Notes under the pieces: model-generated
What the model saw: only the letters and a program-made list of their open reading frames with translations
What the model was told of the DNA's origin: nothing
Databases searched by the model: none
Position numbers and translations under genes: made by a program
From: a virus
Lineage: Duplodnaviria; Heunggongvirae; Uroviricota; Caudoviricetes
Direction: 5' to 3' (one strand)
Virus record (IMG/VR): IMGVR_UViG_2737471844_000008
Location: 1-39,906 of that record
Length of the DNA stretch: 39,906 nt
Shown here: positions 38,852 to 39,906 of the stretch, in pieces
How the letters are laid out: every line of letters begins with the position of its first letter
How positions within the stretch are numbered: the stretch's first letter is position 1

Positions 38852-39334
38852 ATGACCACTTTTACCGACAAAGAACTGATTAAAGAAATCAAAGAGCGCA
38901 TAGGCAGCTTGGACGTTCGAGACAATATTGAGCGTCGGGCTTATGAAATCGCACTGGCATCGCTGGAAGCAGAGCCGGTGGCGTGGAAGGTAACATTCAC
39001 GCAAATTGACCGTGAATATAACACGTTCACTGGTATGTATTCTGACAAAGCAGAAGTCGAACGGTGGGTGCGGCTGCATAAAGCATGTAATTTTCGGGCA
39101 GATATAACACCGCTTTATACCGCCAAGCCAGTGCCGGTAACTCCGGATGATTGGATAAGCTGTAGTGAGCGAATGCCGAAAGGGTATGCTGATGTGTTAG
39201 TGACCGATGGCGAGCATGTCGAGGTTAAATGGTGGGATGAATCTGGGTATTGGAATAGTTGGACGGAACTTAACTCAGATATCTTTGCCGATGAAATAAC
39301 TCACTGGATGCCGCTACCAGAGCCTCCACTTTGA
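38852..39334 (+). CDS. Phage protein with C-terminal DUF551-like domain
   Basis: ATG at 38852 after an AGGAGAG Shine-Dalgarno; C-terminal ~60 aa (WISCSERMPKGYADVLVTDGEHVEVKWWDESGYWNSW...THWMPLPEPP) resemble the DUF551 module of Ea22-like proteins (memory-based). Confidence 0.6.
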   Translation: MTTFTDKELIKEIKERIGSLDVRDNIERRAYEIALASLEAEPVAWKVTFTQIDREYNTFTGMYSDKAEVERWVRLHKACNFRADITPLYTAKPVPVTPDDWISCSERMPKGYADVLVTDGEHVEVKWWDESGYWNSWTELNSDIFADEITHWMPLPEPPL

Positions 39335-39430
39335 AAGCGAAGCTTATACATATCTTTTACATCAGCAATCTATTGTTAATCTCCAATCAATGTTACGTTG
39401 TCATCTCACTCATGCTTTGGAGGTAGTGAT

Positions 39431-39610
39431 ATGTCTTGTCCAAAATGCGGTTCTGGAAATATTGCAAAAGAAAAAACAATGCGTGGATGGTCTGGTGATT
39501 ATGTGTGCTGCGATTGTGGATACAACGACTCTAAAGACGCATTTGGAGAGCGTGGTAAAAACAAGTTTGTCAAAATTAATAAAGAACGCGAAGGCAACGA
39601 AAAAAGCTAA
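39431..39610 (+). CDS. Small zinc-ribbon protein (CxxC...CxxC)
   Basis: 59-aa ORF from an ATG preceded by GGAGG; encodes MSCPKCGSGNIAKEKTMRGWSGDYVCCDCGYNDSKD... with two Cys pairs. Confidence 0.45.
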   Translation: MSCPKCGSGNIAKEKTMRGWSGDYVCCDCGYNDSKDAFGERGKNKFVKINKEREGNEKS

Positions 39611-39675
39611 TTTATTTATTCATATATGAAAACAATGTAACCAATATTCGAATTGAAGAACTGAAAGAACACCAA

Positions 39676-39699
39676 GCCGCCTGATGGCGGTTTCTTTTT
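39676..39699 (+). terminator. Intrinsic terminator upstream of xis
   Basis: GCCGCC-TGAT-GGCGG hairpin followed by TTTCTTTTT. Confidence 0.6.
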
Positions 39700-39714
39700 G
39701 CCTGGAGAATTAAG

Positions 39715-39906
39715 ATGACCGATACCAGCCTGATTCCTGAGAAAGAAGTGATGAACAAGCTCGGTGTTTCATCACGTCAGACAATCTGGAACTATACCAA
39801 ACGGCACGGATTTCCGAAGCCAGTCAGAACCCACCCCAAATCATACCTTCGTGAAGCTGTTGAAGGGTGGATTCTTAACGGTGGCGTTAATCAGAAATGC
39901 TCCTGA
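39715..39906 (+). CDS. xis: AlpA/Xis-family excisionase or small HTH regulator
   Basis: 63-aa ORF with the AlpA-family pattern (LIPEKEVMNKLGVSSRQTIWNYTKRHGFPKPVRTHPKSYLREAVEGWI); last early-left gene before the window edge, where an integrase would be expected next. Confidence 0.7.
   Translation: MTDTSLIPEKEVMNKLGVSSRQTIWNYTKRHGFPKPVRTHPKSYLREAVEGWILNGGVNQKCS

Larger units (their letters stand above)
1962..39906. mobile_element. P22-like (Lederbergvirus-type) mosaic prophage, partial; right end and integrase lie beyond the window
   Basis: Contiguous phage modules in canonical P22 order (gtrABC, tailspike, ejection proteins, tail, head, terminase, lysis, Q, nin, replication, immC, N, recombination, xis). 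Host dacD flanks the left side. The exact host-phage junction lies somewhere in 1174..1961 and cannot be fixed without the other end. Confidence 0.9.

Noticed and set aside
1-39906. CRISPR arrays, rRNA genes, insertion sequences or transposase genes
   Set aside because: No regularly spaced direct repeats, rRNA-like sequence or transposase-like ORFs seen; the only mobile element is the prophage itself.

Overview
This window is almost entirely one mosaic P22-like (podovirus) prophage, inserted upstream of the host gene dacD (1..1173, minus strand) and running past the right edge of the window; no integrase is present, so the far end and the att core cannot be fixed. All identifications are from reading the translated ORFs and motifs against remembered protein sequences; no database search was run. 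Order from the host junction: a gtrA-gtrB-gtrC O-antigen glucosylation cassette (1962..4689, plus strand, with a strongly AT-rich gtrC-like gene); a convergent tailspike with a P22 gp9-type head-binding N-terminus and a divergent receptor-binding domain; an orphan Mnt-like repressor; then a complete P22/Sf6-type morphogenesis module on the minus strand (gp16, gp20, gp7, gp14, tail needle, gp10, gp4, coat, scaffold, portal, TerL, TerS). Upstream of that are Rha, a lambda-type lysis cassette (S, R, Rz with embedded Rz1), a lambda-like pR'/qut region and Q, and a nin region (NinI phosphatase, NinH, NinG, NinF, NinX-like, NinE, an MT-A70-type adenine methyltransferase, NinB). The replication module is a TOPRIM primase fused to an SF4 helicase plus an O-like initiator with an iteron/AT-rich origin inside its coding sequence. 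The immunity region is P22-type: cII, nutR, cro, three OR operators, c2 repressor, OL/PL, nutL and a phage-21-like N. The early-left operon (plus strand) carries N, then an accessory slot holding a PAPS-reductase-like PP-loop protein and a long coiled-coil protein, then cIII, a Kil-like peptide, an Erf-family annealing protein, SSB, several unknown proteins and an AlpA/Xis-like excisionase. The best candidate for an uncharacterised function is the AT-rich, terminator-flanked PAPS-reductase-like gene (33757..34614) in the slot where lambdoid phages keep exclusion and anti-restriction genes. No tRNA, rRNA or CRISPR array was recognised.
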